Assembly (NCBI GenBank): GCA_963844035.1
Contig: CAWJMT010000004.1
Span: forward strand, 32,001 to 96,000
Direction of reading: 5' to 3'
Length of the DNA stretch: 64,000 nt
Source: an uncultured Gemmatimonadales bacterium
GTDB taxonomy: Bacteria; Gemmatimonadota; Gemmatimonadetes; Gemmatimonadales; GWC2-71-9
Shown here: in pieces, positions 10,600 through 20,413 of the stretch
How the letters are laid out: each line of letters begins with the position of its first letter
Numbering within the stretch: position 1 is the first letter of the stretch
The notes under the pieces: generated by a model
The model's input: the letters and a program-made list of their open reading frames with translations, nothing else
What the model was told of the DNA's origin: nothing
Database searches by the model: none
Translations under genes and position numbers: made by a program

Positions 10600-11410
10600 G
10601 GTCGAGACGATCGTGCGCGAGCTGGCGCCGCGCCTGGAAGGCCACCGCGTGACCGCGGCCCGGCTCGCGAAGACCGATGTGTTGCGCCGCGTTTCCAAGC
10701 CCCGCCTGCTCCGCACCCTCAAGGGAAACAGCTTCGCCGAAGTGAGCCGGCGCGCCAAGCACGCGGTGTTCCGGCTCGCGAGCGGGCATCGCTTGGTGGT
10801 CCAGCCGCGCATGACCGGCTCGCTCATCGTGCACGACCGCCCGCTCACGCGCGCGGAGGCGAAGTACGCCGTGCTCACCTGCACGCTGGACGACGGCCGG
10901 CTGTTCGTCTATCGCGATGTGCGCCGCCTCGGCACGGTGTGGCTGCTCGACGAGGATGACTGGCTGGCGTACAGCGGCCGGATCGGCCCCGAACCGCTCG
11001 ATGAGACGTTCACGCCGTTCGTGTTCGCCCAGCGCCTGGAGGGCACGCGCGCGGCGATCAAGAAAACGATCATGGATCAGCGGCGCGTCGCCGGGGTCGG
11101 CAACATCTACGCGAATGAAGCCCTGTTCGCGGCGGGAATCGACCCGTCCAAGCCCACCAACAAGCTCTCGCTCGAGGAGTTCACCCGGTTGCACACCGCC
11201 GTGACCGAGATCCTCGAGCTGGCGGTGCGATCCTCAGGGACGACGGTACGCGACTACCGCACCGGGACGGGCGAACAGGGGCGTTTCCAGCTCCAGCTCA
11301 AAGTGTACGGACGCGGCGGCGAACGGTGCGTGCAATGCGGGAAGAAGCTCGTCACGACGCACACGATCGATTTGCGAGCGACGACGTTTTGCCCAGAATG
11401 CCAGAGATAG
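10583..11410 (+). CDS. mutM: Formamidopyrimidine-DNA glycosylase
   Basis: MPELPEVET N-terminus, DVRRLG, GVGNIYANEALF, C-terminal zinc finger CVQC...FCPECQ. Confidence 0.98.
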   Translation: MPELPEVETIVRELAPRLEGHRVTAARLAKTDVLRRVSKPRLLRTLKGNSFAEVSRRAKHAVFRLASGHRLVVQPRMTGSLIVHDRPLTRAEAKYAVLTCTLDDGRLFVYRDVRRLGTVWLLDEDDWLAYSGRIGPEPLDETFTPFVFAQRLEGTRAAIKKTIMDQRRVAGVGNIYANEALFAAGIDPSKPTNKLSLEEFTRLHTAVTEILELAVRSSGTTVRDYRTGTGEQGRFQLQLKVYGRGGERCVQCGKKLVTTHTIDLRATTFCPECQR

Positions 11411-11414
11411 GACG

Positions 11415-11855
11415 CTAGCGTCTTTCTTCAGGGATCACCGCGAGCACGACCGATGCATTGGCCACCTGCACGCCGCCCGCCTCGACCGTGACGGTGGCGA
11501 AGTGCATGTTGCGCTTGCGGGTGACCTCCCCCCGCAACACGAGACGCGGCACCGCGCGTTCGACCGGCAGGCGGAACTCGGCATTGGCGCGCAGAAACCT
11601 CGGCCGGCCGCGCTGGCCGTTCGCCACCGCCCAGAGCGCCACCAGCTGGCCCGTTGCCTCGACGATGAGGGAGCCCGGAAACACCGGGTCTCCGGGCAAA
11701 TGCTGCGCGTAGACCCAGTGATCCGGCCCCAGATCGACCTCGGCAACGATCTTCGCCCCGTCGAGCTCCGTAACGCGTGAGATCTGGCGCATCTGGCCGA
11801 CGGGAAGAAAATGAGTGTTGAGGTCGATGAGACTCACGGGCCGCGTGCCGGACAT
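11415..11855 (-). CDS. FabA/FabZ-like hotdog-fold dehydratase
   Basis: HWVYAQHLPGDPVFPGSLIVEATGQL matches the H-x-PGDPVxPG-x-L-x-x-E/D motif of FabA/FabZ. Confidence 0.8.
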   Translation of the reverse strand: MSGTRPVSLIDLNTHFLPVGQMRQISRVTELDGAKIVAEVDLGPDHWVYAQHLPGDPVFPGSLIVEATGQLVALWAVANGQRGRPRFLRANAEFRLPVERAVPRLVLRGEVTRKRNMHFATVTVEAGGVQVANASVVLAVIPEERR

Positions 11856-11931
11856 CCGGCAACGTTAGCGGCCGAAACGGATACGTTTCAAGGGCCGAGT
11901 AACCTCTACTTCCAACCGGAGCCCGGACACG

Positions 11932-13037
11932 ATGAGTGGTGCGCGCACAGAGCGGATCCAGACGATCGTCATTGGCGGCGGGCCAGGCGGGGCTCTCCGT
12001 CGGATACCACCTCAAACGGCGCGGCCTCCCGTTCCTCATCCTCGACGCCCACAAGCGGGTCGGCGACGCGTGGCGCACCCGCTGGGACTCGCTCCACCTG
12101 TTCACTCCGGCGCGGTTCGACGGCCTGGACGGCATGCCCTTCCCCGCGTCCACGTCATTCGTTTCCCACCAAGGACGAGATGGGGAACTACCTCGAGTCG
12201 TACGCCAAACACTTCGATCTTCCCGTCCGGTGCGGCGTGAGGGTGGATGGACTGTCACGGCAGGGGCAGATGTTTCTTGTCACGGCGGGTGAGCAGCGGT
12301 TCGAGGCGGACGAATGTCGTCGTCGCTATGTCGAATTTTCAGAAATCGACGGTCCCGCCGTTCGCCAAGGATCTGGACCCGAGCATCGTCCAGCTGCACT
12401 CGCTCGACTATCGCAATCCGGCGCAGATGCAAGAAGGGTGGCGTGCTGCTCGTGGGAGGCGGCAACTCCGGAGCGGAGATCGCCATGGAGCTGGTCAAGA
12501 CGCACGATGTGTGGCTCTCGGGACGCGACACCGGCCACGTGCCGTTCCGGATCGACGGACTGCTCGCGCGCCTCTTCATGTACAAGTTGATTCTGCGATT
12601 CCTGTTCCACCGCGTGTTCACGATCCGCACTCCCATGGGACGCAAGGCGCGTCCCAAGGCGATCACTCAGGGCGGCCCGCTCATCCGGGTCAAGCCGAAG
12701 GACCTGCAACGCGTGGGCGTGGTGCGCGTGCCCAAGACGGTGGGCGCGAAGGACGGGTTGCCGCTGCTGGAAGATGGGCGGGTGCTCAACGTGACCAATG
12801 TGATCTGGTGCACCGGGTTTCAGCGCCGGCTTCTCCTGGATCCACCTTCCGATTCTCGGGCCGGTCGAGCCGATGCACGAGCGCGGGATCGTCCCGCGCG
12901 AGCCCGGGCTGTTCTTCGTGGGCCTGGCGTTTCTCTATTCGTTTTCTTCGGTGATGATCCACGGCGTCGGGCGGGATGCCGACCGGATCGCGGGCGTCAT
13001 CGCGGCGCGTGCCCAGGATCCGTCGGCCGCCGCCTGA
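11932..13037 (+). CDS. Flavin-containing monooxygenase-like FAD/NAD(P) oxidoreductase (several frameshifts)
   Basis: VIGGGQAGL, GDAWRTRWDSL, QLHSLDYRNP (FxGxxxHxxxY-like), VLLVGGGNSGAEIA, VIWCTGF across frames. Confidence 0.85.
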
Positions 13038-13076
13038 ATCACCGCGAGCACCACCGCACGCTCGTCCCGTCGGTCG

Positions 13077-13232
13077 CTAGCGCCCCGCGAGGATCAAGAC
13101 GCCGGCCGCGAGGGCCAGGATCGCCATGAGCATGCCGAGGCCCTGGAAGCTCAGGCCAAGCAATCCGATGAGGCCGTTGACGATGAGCCACACGCCCAGC
13201 AGGGACATGCCGAGATTCTTGGCGAACTGCAT
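13077..13232 (-). CDS. Small 51-aa membrane protein (two hydrophobic helices)
   Basis: MQFAKNLGMSLLGVWLIVNGLIGLLGLSFQGLGMLMAILALAAGVLILAGR. Confidence 0.7.
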   Translation of the reverse strand: MQFAKNLGMSLLGVWLIVNGLIGLLGLSFQGLGMLMAILALAAGVLILAGR

Positions 13233-13329
13233 TGGAGGACTCACTTTCTTGAGATGAGTTGACGGTGACTGCGGTGCAGTTCGCAACGTGTGCGGATGGA
13301 TGGGATGCGCAATCGATCTATAGGATGAC

Positions 13330-13775
13330 GTCGGGACCTCTCTGGAGACTGGTCGAGCTTCGGGATCACTGCAGCGTACAACGTCACGCTCGCCACTTCG
13401 ATCCCACTCGCCGCGACCGTAATCGTGGCAAGTGGCACTGTTGCGCTTCCGCGTGCGCACGAGGCGCGGGCTGAGCGCGCGCCGACGGCAGCCGGAATTC
13501 CGCGTTGGCGCGCAGGTACCTCGGGCGGCGACGCTGCCGCTCGCCGCAGGCCCAGAGCGCGACCAGCGGCCCGGCCGCTTCGACGATGAGCGAGCAGCCT
13601 GGGCAACCGGATCTGCCGGGATGCGGCGCAAAGGCCCACGCCGAGTCAACATCGACCTCGCCGCGATGCTGGCCGCGCGCAGCCGGTGACGCGCGTCGAT
13701 CCGCCGGTAGGCCACGGGGAAGAACGGCGAGTTCAGGTCGAAGAGGCTCGGCGCGGGTCGGGCGGCACGGAGCGT
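13330..13775 (-). pseudogene. Degenerate second FabA/FabZ-like copy
   Basis: Fragments in different frames align to 11415-11855: SLFDLNSPFFPV, SLIVEAAGPLVALWA, RPRYLRANAEFRLP, ATITVAASGIEVA, AVIP. Confidence 0.7.
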
Positions 13776-13799
13776 GTCTCGGCCGGAGCATTGCGGCGC

Positions 13800-14400
13800 C
13801 GGGATCCCGACGCCGGCCGGCTGCAGCAGGATGTAAATGCCCACGGCGCCGGCCATTCCCGCAGCGAGCCCCGGCACGCCACAGCGCCGCCGGCAGGGCG
13901 CTGAAGCGAGACCGGGCCGGGCCTCAAGATCCGCAACCGCGGGAAGCGCCAGTGCCACCAGGGCGAACATCAGCGGCGTGACCGCTGCGTTCTCCTTGGA
14001 CAGGACGCCTAGCCCAAGCGCAGCGAGCGCGGCGGGATAGCGCCACCGCGCCCTCCCGCTGGTGCACGTGAGCAACAGGCAAGTAAGGACCCGAGCGCAG
14101 CGAGGATCTCGGCGCGGCCTACCATCGCCGTCACCGCCTCAACGTGGACGGGGTGGACCGCGAACATCAGGGCACCGAGCAGGGGGCCGGCCGAGGCTTT
14201 GCCCGCTGCGGCACTCCACAGAAGACCCCCAAGCTCGAGGACGAGCACGCAGCAGAGGGCGTGGAGTGCGATGTTGACCAGGTGGTAGCCCACCACGCTC
14301 GGCGCCGGTCCGTATGTTGCTACGGCGTCGAGCAGCAGGAAGAACGTCAAACAAGCCGCGACGCAGGCGGCGGCGGTGGCGCGAACAAGACCACCTACCT
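13800..14400 (-). pseudogene. Fragment of a TMTC-like/GT-C membrane glycosyltransferase
   Basis: GYHLVNIALHA, LMFAVHPVHVEAVTAMVGRAEILAA and LGVLSKENAA motifs; N- and C-terminal parts absent. Confidence 0.7.
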
Positions 14401-14405
14401 CGCCT

Positions 14406-14885
14406 CTACGGCGCCAGCTCCACCAACCGCGCACGCGGCGGGATTCCCGGCTCGAGCTCCATGATGCCGACTGAGGGCCGGAGCTTGAACCGCGCCGCCC
14501 CCGCCCCGCCCGGATTCATCACCGTCACCGTCTTGTCCACCAGCTCGAGCAGCGGCCGGTGGGTGTGCCCGTACACGATGATGTCGGCCCGCGGAAACGC
14601 CTCGTGCAGGTTCGCGGGCGTCGGTGTGCCGAACTGATCGCCGTGCGTCACCACGATATCGAACCCGTCGAGGCGGATGGTGGCGACTTCGGGAAGCTTG
14701 GCCCGCAGGTCGGGACCGTCCACGTTGCCGTACACCGCGGTCACCGGCGCGAGGGCCTGGAGATCGAGCAGCACTTCCAACGTGCCCACGTCGCCGCCGT
14801 GCAGGATGTGGTCCACGTGCTCAAACACCTCGAGCACTTCGGATCGGAGCATGCCATGGGTGTCGGAGATGACGCCCAGCCTCAC
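14406..14885 (-). CDS. YfcE/MJ0936-type metallophosphoesterase
   Basis: MRLGVISDTHG, HGGDVG, VYGNVD, THGD, YGHTH, MNPG. Confidence 0.93.
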   Translation of the reverse strand: MRLGVISDTHGMLRSEVLEVFEHVDHILHGGDVGTLEVLLDLQALAPVTAVYGNVDGPDLRAKLPEVATIRLDGFDIVVTHGDQFGTPTPANLHEAFPRADIIVYGHTHRPLLELVDKTVTVMNPGGAGAARFKLRPSVGIMELEPGIPPRARLVELAP

Positions 14886-15487
14886 GCGCCCCCCCCTCCC
14901 CCTCCCCCTCCCCAGCGCTTGACCACCTGAATCTCGAGTCCGAGCTGATCGAGCACGCGTTGCACGACGAAGTCCACCAGGTCCGCGACGCTCGCGGGTT
15001 TGTGGTAGAACCCCGGGGCGGCGGGCAGCACGATCGCGCCCGCTTCGGTCGCGAGCGCGAGGTTCCGCAGATGGACTAGAGAGAGCGGCGTTTCGCGCGG
15101 TACGAGAATCAGCCGGCGCCGCTCCTTGAGCGCCACGTCGGCGGCGCGTTCGATCAGGCTGCGGCTGGTGCCGTGCGCGATCGCCGCCACCGTACCCATC
15201 GAGCAGGGACACACCACCATTCCGCCGCTCAGCGCCGATCCCGACGCGGGCAGCGCGCCGCGATTGGAATCGTCGAACACGGTGACGCTCGACCAGTCGC
15301 CGCCCGTGGCTTTCTTGAGCCCGGTGTCGTCGTGGATGCCGCATTCCTCTTCGATCAGTCGCCAGCCGTGCCGCGAGACCATGAGCCACGTCGGCACCTT
15401 GTTCCGGGCCAGCAGCTCGAGCAGTCGCACGCCGTAGGGGGCGCCGGAGGCACCGGTGATCGCGAGGGCGATGGGAAGCGGGCTCAT
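14882..15487 (-). CDS. ubiX: Flavin prenyltransferase
   Basis: ITGASGAPYG, ASGS, PCSMGT, RAADVALKERRRLILVPRETP, PAAPGFYHKP. Confidence 0.96.
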   Translation of the reverse strand: MSPLPIALAITGASGAPYGVRLLELLARNKVPTWLMVSRHGWRLIEEECGIHDDTGLKKATGGDWSSVTVFDDSNRGALPASGSALSGGMVVCPCSMGTVAAIAHGTSRSLIERAADVALKERRRLILVPRETPLSLVHLRNLALATEAGAIVLPAAPGFYHKPASVADLVDFVVQRVLDQLGLEIQVVKRWGGGGGGGGA

Positions 15488-15554
15488 CAGCGCCCGCGAC
15501 GGTTGGGGGTGACGGAGATCGGCGGCGGATGGCCGGAGGACGGCGATGGTGGCG

Positions 15555-15653
15555 GGAAGCGGAGTGGGGAGTGGGAACGTGGTACGGTGCGGGTGTCGCG
15601 CCGGGAGTCGCGCTTCGCACCGTCACGAACCACTTCCCCACTTCCCACGCTTT
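15555..15653. repeat. About 100-bp imperfect inverted repeat with GTGGGAA-like units
   Basis: aagcggagtggggagtgggaacgtggtacggtgcg ... cgcaccgtcacgaaccacttccccacttcccacgcttt, between the ubiA-like gene and ubiX. Confidence 0.7.
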
Positions 15654-15663
15654 CTGCTTCTTG

Positions 15664-16582
15664 TCATAGCACCCGATCCACCAGCGCACCAAGAAACACC
15701 ACCACGCTAATGATCCCATTCGCGGTGAAGAACGCAGCGTTCAGACGCGACAGGTCCCCCGGCTTCACCAGCTGATGCTCGTAGGCCATGATCGCTGCGC
15801 CGATCCCCACGCCGACGTAGTAGGCGGTTCCAAGACCGGCGCCCGCACCGAACGCCACCAGGGCGAGCACCGTCAGACCGTGCAGCAGCTTCGCCGACGA
15901 AGATGCCGCGCGCCTGACCGAATCGCACGACGGCGGATTGCAGACCTTCCACCCGGTCGAATGCTTCGTCCTGCAGCGCGTAGAAGATGTCGAAGCCGCC
16001 GATCCAGAACGTCACCGCCGCCGCCATCATCCAGAGCAGCCACCAGGGATCGGTCCACTGCCCCGACACGGCCAGGTAGCCCGCGGGACCGGCCATCGCG
16101 TCGCCGAACCCGAGCCACAGATGGGACCACCAGGTGAAGCGCTTGGAATAGCTGTACAGCGTGACGACCGCGAGCACGATGGGGGAAAGCCGGAAGCAGA
16201 TGGGATTGAGCGCCCAGGCGGACCAGAGGAACAGCGCCGCGGCGATGCCCACGGCGACCCACGCCTGGCTCAGGCTGAGCCGGCCCGCCGGCAGCTCGCG
16301 TCCGCGAGTTCGCGGATTCTTGGCGTCCAAGTCCCGGTCGGCGATGCGATTGAAGCCCATCGCCACGAAGCGCGCCGCCGTAAACGCCAGCACCACGAGG
16401 CCGAGCACGCGCCATGTGACGGGATGCTCGTGCGACGCGACCACCACGCCGAGCAGCGCGAACGGCAGCGCGAACACGGTGTGGGGGAGCTTGACGAAGT
16501 TGACGTAGCGGGTGAGCAACGACTCGCCGGCGAACGTCTGGCCCTCACGCCAGCACCCGCCTGCCCGCCTTTCAGATTTCAA
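15664..16582 (-). CDS. UbiA-family polyprenyltransferase (MqnP-like; frameshift near 15895; start uncertain)
   Basis: VKLPHTVFALPFA, AMGFNRIADRDLDAKNPRT..RELPAG, YSYSKRF, GFDIFYALQDEAFD, NAAFFTANG. Confidence 0.92.
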
Positions 16583-18050
16583 TCCCCAACTCCTTCCACA
16601 TCGCGTCGACCTTCGCCTTCGTCGCGGGATCCATCACGATCTTGTTGGGCCATTCGCGCGTGAAGCCTTCTTCCTTCCACTTCCGGGTGCCGTCGATCCC
16701 CATCTTCGAGCCGAAGGTGAAGCCGCGGCTGGCATGATCGAGCACGTCGATCGGGCCCATCGAGAAGCGCACATCGCGCTCCGGGTCGATGTGATTGAGC
16801 GCCACCCACCAGGCTTCCTTGGGGTCGCGCACGTTCACGTCCTTGTCCACGACGACGATCACCTTGGCAAGCGACATCAACCCCTGCCCCCACAGCCCGT
16901 TCATCACCTTGTACGCCTGGCCGGGATACTGTTTGTCGATGCTGACCAGCACGAGGTTGTGAAAGATTCCCTCGGCGGGCATGTGCATGTCCACGACTTC
17001 GGGGAGCGTGAGCTTGAGCAGCGGCAGAAAGATCCGCTCGGTGGCGTTGCCGAGGTAATAGTCCTCCATCGGCGGCCGGCCAACGATCGTGTGGGGCCAG
17101 ATCGGGTCGCCGCGCATCGTGATGGCGGTGATGTGCACCTTGGGATAGTAGTCGGCGAGAGAGTAAAACCCGGTGTGATCGCCGAACGGCCCTTCGAGCA
17201 CGAGCTCGTCGCGCGGATCGATATGGCCCTCGAGCACAAACTCCGCTTCCGCGGGGACCTCGAGGTCGGAAGTCACGGCTTTGACGAGCCGCACGGGCTC
17301 CCGGCGCAGGAACCCGGCGAACAGGTACTCGTCGATCGAGGGGGGCAGCGGCGCCGATGCGGCGTAGATGCTCGCGGGATCGCCGCCCAGCGCGATCGCC
17401 ACCGGCATCGTCTCGCCCCGCGCCGCCAGCTCGCGCCAGTGGGCGGCGCCCACCTTGTGGCGCTGCCAGTGCATCGCGACCTCGTTGCGGCCGATCGCCT
17501 GGATGCGATACATCCCGACGTTGCGGACGCCCGTCTTCGGGTCACGCGTGATGACGCCCGGCAACGTGATGTAGGGACCGCCGTCTTCGGGCCAGCAGAT
17601 GGGAATCGGGAGCTGTCCCAGATCCACGTCCGGTCCCCGGATCACGGTCTCCTGACAGGGGGCCCGCCCGCTGCTGGTCTTGGGGGGAAACTTGGCCACC
17701 TCGGCAAGCTGGGGGAGCATCGCCAGCTTCCCGAACAGCGTGTCGGGGACTTTGAGATTGAGGAGGGCCGAGATGCGCTCGCCGATTTCGTCCAGGCTGC
17801 TGACGCCGAGCGCCAGGGCCATGCGGCGCTCGGAGCCGAACAGGTTCACCGCCACGGGAAAACGCGACGCGCCGCCGGTGGTGAGGGTGGGGTGTTGGAA
17901 CAGCAGCGCGGGTCCGCCGCCCGGCGACTTCATGCAGCGATCGGCGATTTCGGTGATGACGCGATCGACCGCAACCGGCTGCTCGACGCGGACCAGCTCG
18001 CCGGCCGCGTCGATCGCGCCGATCAAGGCGCGGAGGTTATCGAGTGCCAT
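16572..18050 (-). CDS. ubiD: UbiD-family decarboxylase (menaquinone-biosynthesis type)
   Basis: GPALLF, NLFGSERR, RNVGMYR, EGPFGDHTGFY, GRPPMED, DVLDHAS. Confidence 0.95.
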   Translation of the reverse strand: MALDNLRALIGAIDAAGELVRVEQPVAVDRVITEIADRCMKSPGGGPALLFQHPTLTTGGASRFPVAVNLFGSERRMALALGVSSLDEIGERISALLNLKVPDTLFGKLAMLPQLAEVAKFPPKTSSGRAPCQETVIRGPDVDLGQLPIPICWPEDGGPYITLPGVITRDPKTGVRNVGMYRIQAIGRNEVAMHWQRHKVGAAHWRELAARGETMPVAIALGGDPASIYAASAPLPPSIDEYLFAGFLRREPVRLVKAVTSDLEVPAEAEFVLEGHIDPRDELVLEGPFGDHTGFYSLADYYPKVHITAITMRGDPIWPHTIVGRPPMEDYYLGNATERIFLPLLKLTLPEVVDMHMPAEGIFHNLVLVSIDKQYPGQAYKVMNGLWGQGLMSLAKVIVVVDKDVNVRDPKEAWWVALNHIDPERDVRFSMGPIDVLDHASRGFTFGSKMGIDGTRKWKEEGFTREWPNKIVMDPATKAKVDAMWKELGIEI

Positions 18051-18768
18051 GATGGACGGCGCAGATCCCGCCGGTCAGCCGCTCGAAGCCCACGTCGCGG
18101 AAACCGGCGGCGGTGAACCGCGCGGCCAGTGCCGCCGGCTCGGGAAAGTCGAGCACCGACTCTGGCAGGTAGGTATAGGCGTCCGTATGTTTCGACACGG
18201 CGCGCCCGATCGCCGGGAGCACGCGCCGAAAGTAGAACAGGTAGAGTGCCCGGAGCGGCGCAAAGGTGGGGGTCGTAAACTCGAGCACGACGAATCGCGC
18301 GCCCGGCTTCAGCACGCGGGCCGCCTCGCGGAGCCCGGCATCGAGATCCGCGACGTTACGGATCCCGAAGGCGACCATGGCCCCGTCGAACGCGGCGTCG
18401 GCGAAAGGCAGCTCGAGCGCGTCGGCGCCGACGGGCCGGGTGCGGGCGGCTTTGCCCCGGCCCCGCGCCAGCATCGGCACGACGAAATCGGCGCCGATCA
18501 CGGTGCCCCGGAAGCCGGGAGCGCGGGCGAGCGTCGCCGCCAGATCGAGCGTGCCGGCGCAGAGGTCGAGATAGACGCCGTCCTGCCTGGCCTCCCAGCC
18601 GAGCCGCGCCACCGCGGCGCGGCGCCAGCGGCGATCCACGTTGAGGCTGAGCAGATGGTTGAGGAAGTCGTAGCGCGGCGCGATGGCGGTGAACATGCTC
18701 CGCACGTACGATCGCTTCGTTGCGCCGCCGTGCGACACGGCAACCTCGAAAGCGGGAGACGGCGTCAT
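18037..18768 (-). CDS. menG: Demethylmenaquinone methyltransferase (UbiE/MenG)
   Basis: VRSMFTAIAPRYDFLNHLLS, LDLCAGTLD, ADALELPF, AFGIRNV, AYTYLPESV. Confidence 0.93.
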   Translation of the reverse strand: MTPSPAFEVAVSHGGATKRSYVRSMFTAIAPRYDFLNHLLSLNVDRRWRRAAVARLGWEARQDGVYLDLCAGTLDLAATLARAPGFRGTVIGADFVVPMLARGRGKAARTRPVGADALELPFADAAFDGAMVAFGIRNVADLDAGLREAARVLKPGARFVVLEFTTPTFAPLRALYLFYFRRVLPAIGRAVSKHTDAYTYLPESVLDFPEPAALAARFTAAGFRDVGFERLTGGICAVHHGTR

Positions 18769-18789
18769 AGCCGCCAAAGATAGGCCGTC

Positions 18790-19378
18790 CAACCTGACCG
18801 GCGCCAGCGACCAGGACGTCGTGGCGTCGGCCGTTCGCGGCCACGAAGCGGCGTTTCGCGAGCTGGTGCGGCGCTACGAACGCCCGGTCTTCTCGCTCCT
18901 GTACCGCATGGTGCGCGATCGCGCGCTCGCGGAAGACCTGGCGCAGGAGACGTTCATCAAGGTGCTGAACGGTCTCAAGTCGTATCGCCCCGAGTTCAAG
19001 TTCTCCTCCTGGATCTTCAAGGTCGCGAACAACGTGGCGATCGATCAGCTGCGCAAGCGGGGCGTGGAAACCATCTCGATGGACGGCGCGCCCGATGCCA
19101 AGACACCCGACGCGCGCGCCGCCAGCGCGCTGCAGCTCCGCGGCCCGGGAGAGACGCCGTTGCAGGAAGTCGAAGCGCGCGAGCTCGGCAGCGCGATCGA
19201 GCGGGCGATCGGCCGCCTGCGGCCCGAGTACCGCAGCTGTATCGTGCTGCGACACGTCGAGGGCCATTCGTACGAGGAGATCGCGGAGATGTTGGAGCTG
19301 CCGCTCGGTACCGTGAAGACCTACATCCACCGCGCCCGCAACGAATTACGCGGGTTACTCGAAGACCGGCGCTCGTGA
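18790..19378 (+). CDS. ECF sigma-70 factor (start codon uncertain)
   Basis: AFRELVRRYE, AEDLAQETFIK, FSSWIFKVANN, SYEEIAEMLELPLGTVKTYIHRAR. Confidence 0.93.
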
Positions 19379-19414
19379 AACCCGGCCCCCGCCGGCGCCG
19401 TAGGAGATCGAACG

Positions 19415-19661
19415 ATGAATGAGCAATTCGACCAGCACCTGAACCCGGACGAGATCGAGCAGTGGGCCATCGGCCTGCTTCCCGCCGCACGCGCGCTTGC
19501 ACCTCGCGCAGTGCGCAGCATGCCGCACCACTGCCGAGCGCGAACGCAAACTGTTCCACGAGCTCGCCCAGCTCGAGCGCTTCGCACCGTCGTCCGGCTT
19601 CGTCGAACGGGTGATGGCGCGGGTGCGGATTGCGACGGCGTCAGGAGGATACAAGGTTTAG
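19415..19661 (+). CDS. Small zinc-binding (ZAS) anti-sigma factor (frameshift near 19498)
   Basis: Reconstructed MNEQFDQHLNPDEIEQW...ALHLAQCAACRTTAERERKLFHELAQL...FVERVMARV; HxxxCxxC motif; GGAG RBS; follows the ECF sigma gene. Confidence 0.75.
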
Positions 19662-20413
19662 GGCCGTGGCCCGACCCGCACCGCCACTCCGACTCCCGCT
19701 CCGAGCGTTTTCTCCGCGCTTCCATCCCGCACCGCGATCTCCACGGTGCCGTTGCTCCCCGGGAACGCAACCAGCTCGCCTCGATCCACATCCGCAAACG
19801 TGCGCCGTAGCACCCCGACCTCGGTCTTCCCGACGGTGACGGACGCGCCAGCCTTCACGAGTGCCGCAGGGATATTGCTGATCAACGTGCCAAACCGGTC
19901 CACGTAGATCACTTCGCCGACCACGCGAGTCCCGTCTTGACGGGCAGTGGGGAGCGGCGCGAAGACCGGATCGGTGATCGCCTGACCGAGGTGCGTGAGG
20001 GCGGCGCCGAGCGCCAGTTGCCCCGCCGCTGGAGCAAACACATCACGCGCGTGGAAGGTGGGCGCTGCATTCGTGGGAACCGGGAGTGACACGAAGTGCG
20101 CGTCGGGGGGCAGGAACGAGAGCAGGCCGTTGTCGGGGGCCACGAAGTAGTGCCCCCCGGCGGAGACCGCGATAGCGCGCCGCTTGGTCCCGACACCCGG
20201 GTCCACCACCGCGAGGTGCACGGTCTCCCGTGGGAACTGCTGCCACACACGCGACAGGATGTACTGCGCCGCGCGCACGTCGCCGGGCGGCACCTGGTGC
20301 GTGATATCCACCAGCGCCGCTCCGTGCACCCGCGTCAGGAGCACGCCCTTCACCTCGGCGACGTAGCTGTCGGCGTCGCCGAAGTCGGTGAGCAGCGTGA
20401 TGAGTGTGGCCAT
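19658..20413 (-). CDS. SAM hydroxide adenosyltransferase (DUF62) family protein
   Basis: ITLLTDFG, VDITH, HLAVVDPGVGTKRR, APDNGLL, TFHARDVFAPAA, YVDRFG. Confidence 0.92.
   Translation of the reverse strand: MATLITLLTDFGDADSYVAEVKGVLLTRVHGAALVDITHQVPPGDVRAAQYILSRVWQQFPRETVHLAVVDPGVGTKRRAIAVSAGGHYFVAPDNGLLSFLPPDAHFVSLPVPTNAAPTFHARDVFAPAAGQLALGAALTHLGQAITDPVFAPLPTARQDGTRVVGEVIYVDRFGTLISNIPAALVKAGASVTVGKTEVGVLRRTFADVDRGELVAFPGSNGTVEIAVRDGSAEKTLGAGVGVAVRVGPRP

Noticed and set aside
14889..14913. Poly-Gly tail of UbiX from a (CCCCCT)n tract as a phase-variation switch
   Set aside because: It lies at the extreme C-terminus, and homopolymer length is unreliable in this sequence.
19658..20413. Possible SAM-dependent fluorinase or chlorinase
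   Set aside because: It keeps the Asp/Arg/His features (VDPGVG..RR, TFHARD) of DUF62 SAM hydrolases and sits in a housekeeping context.
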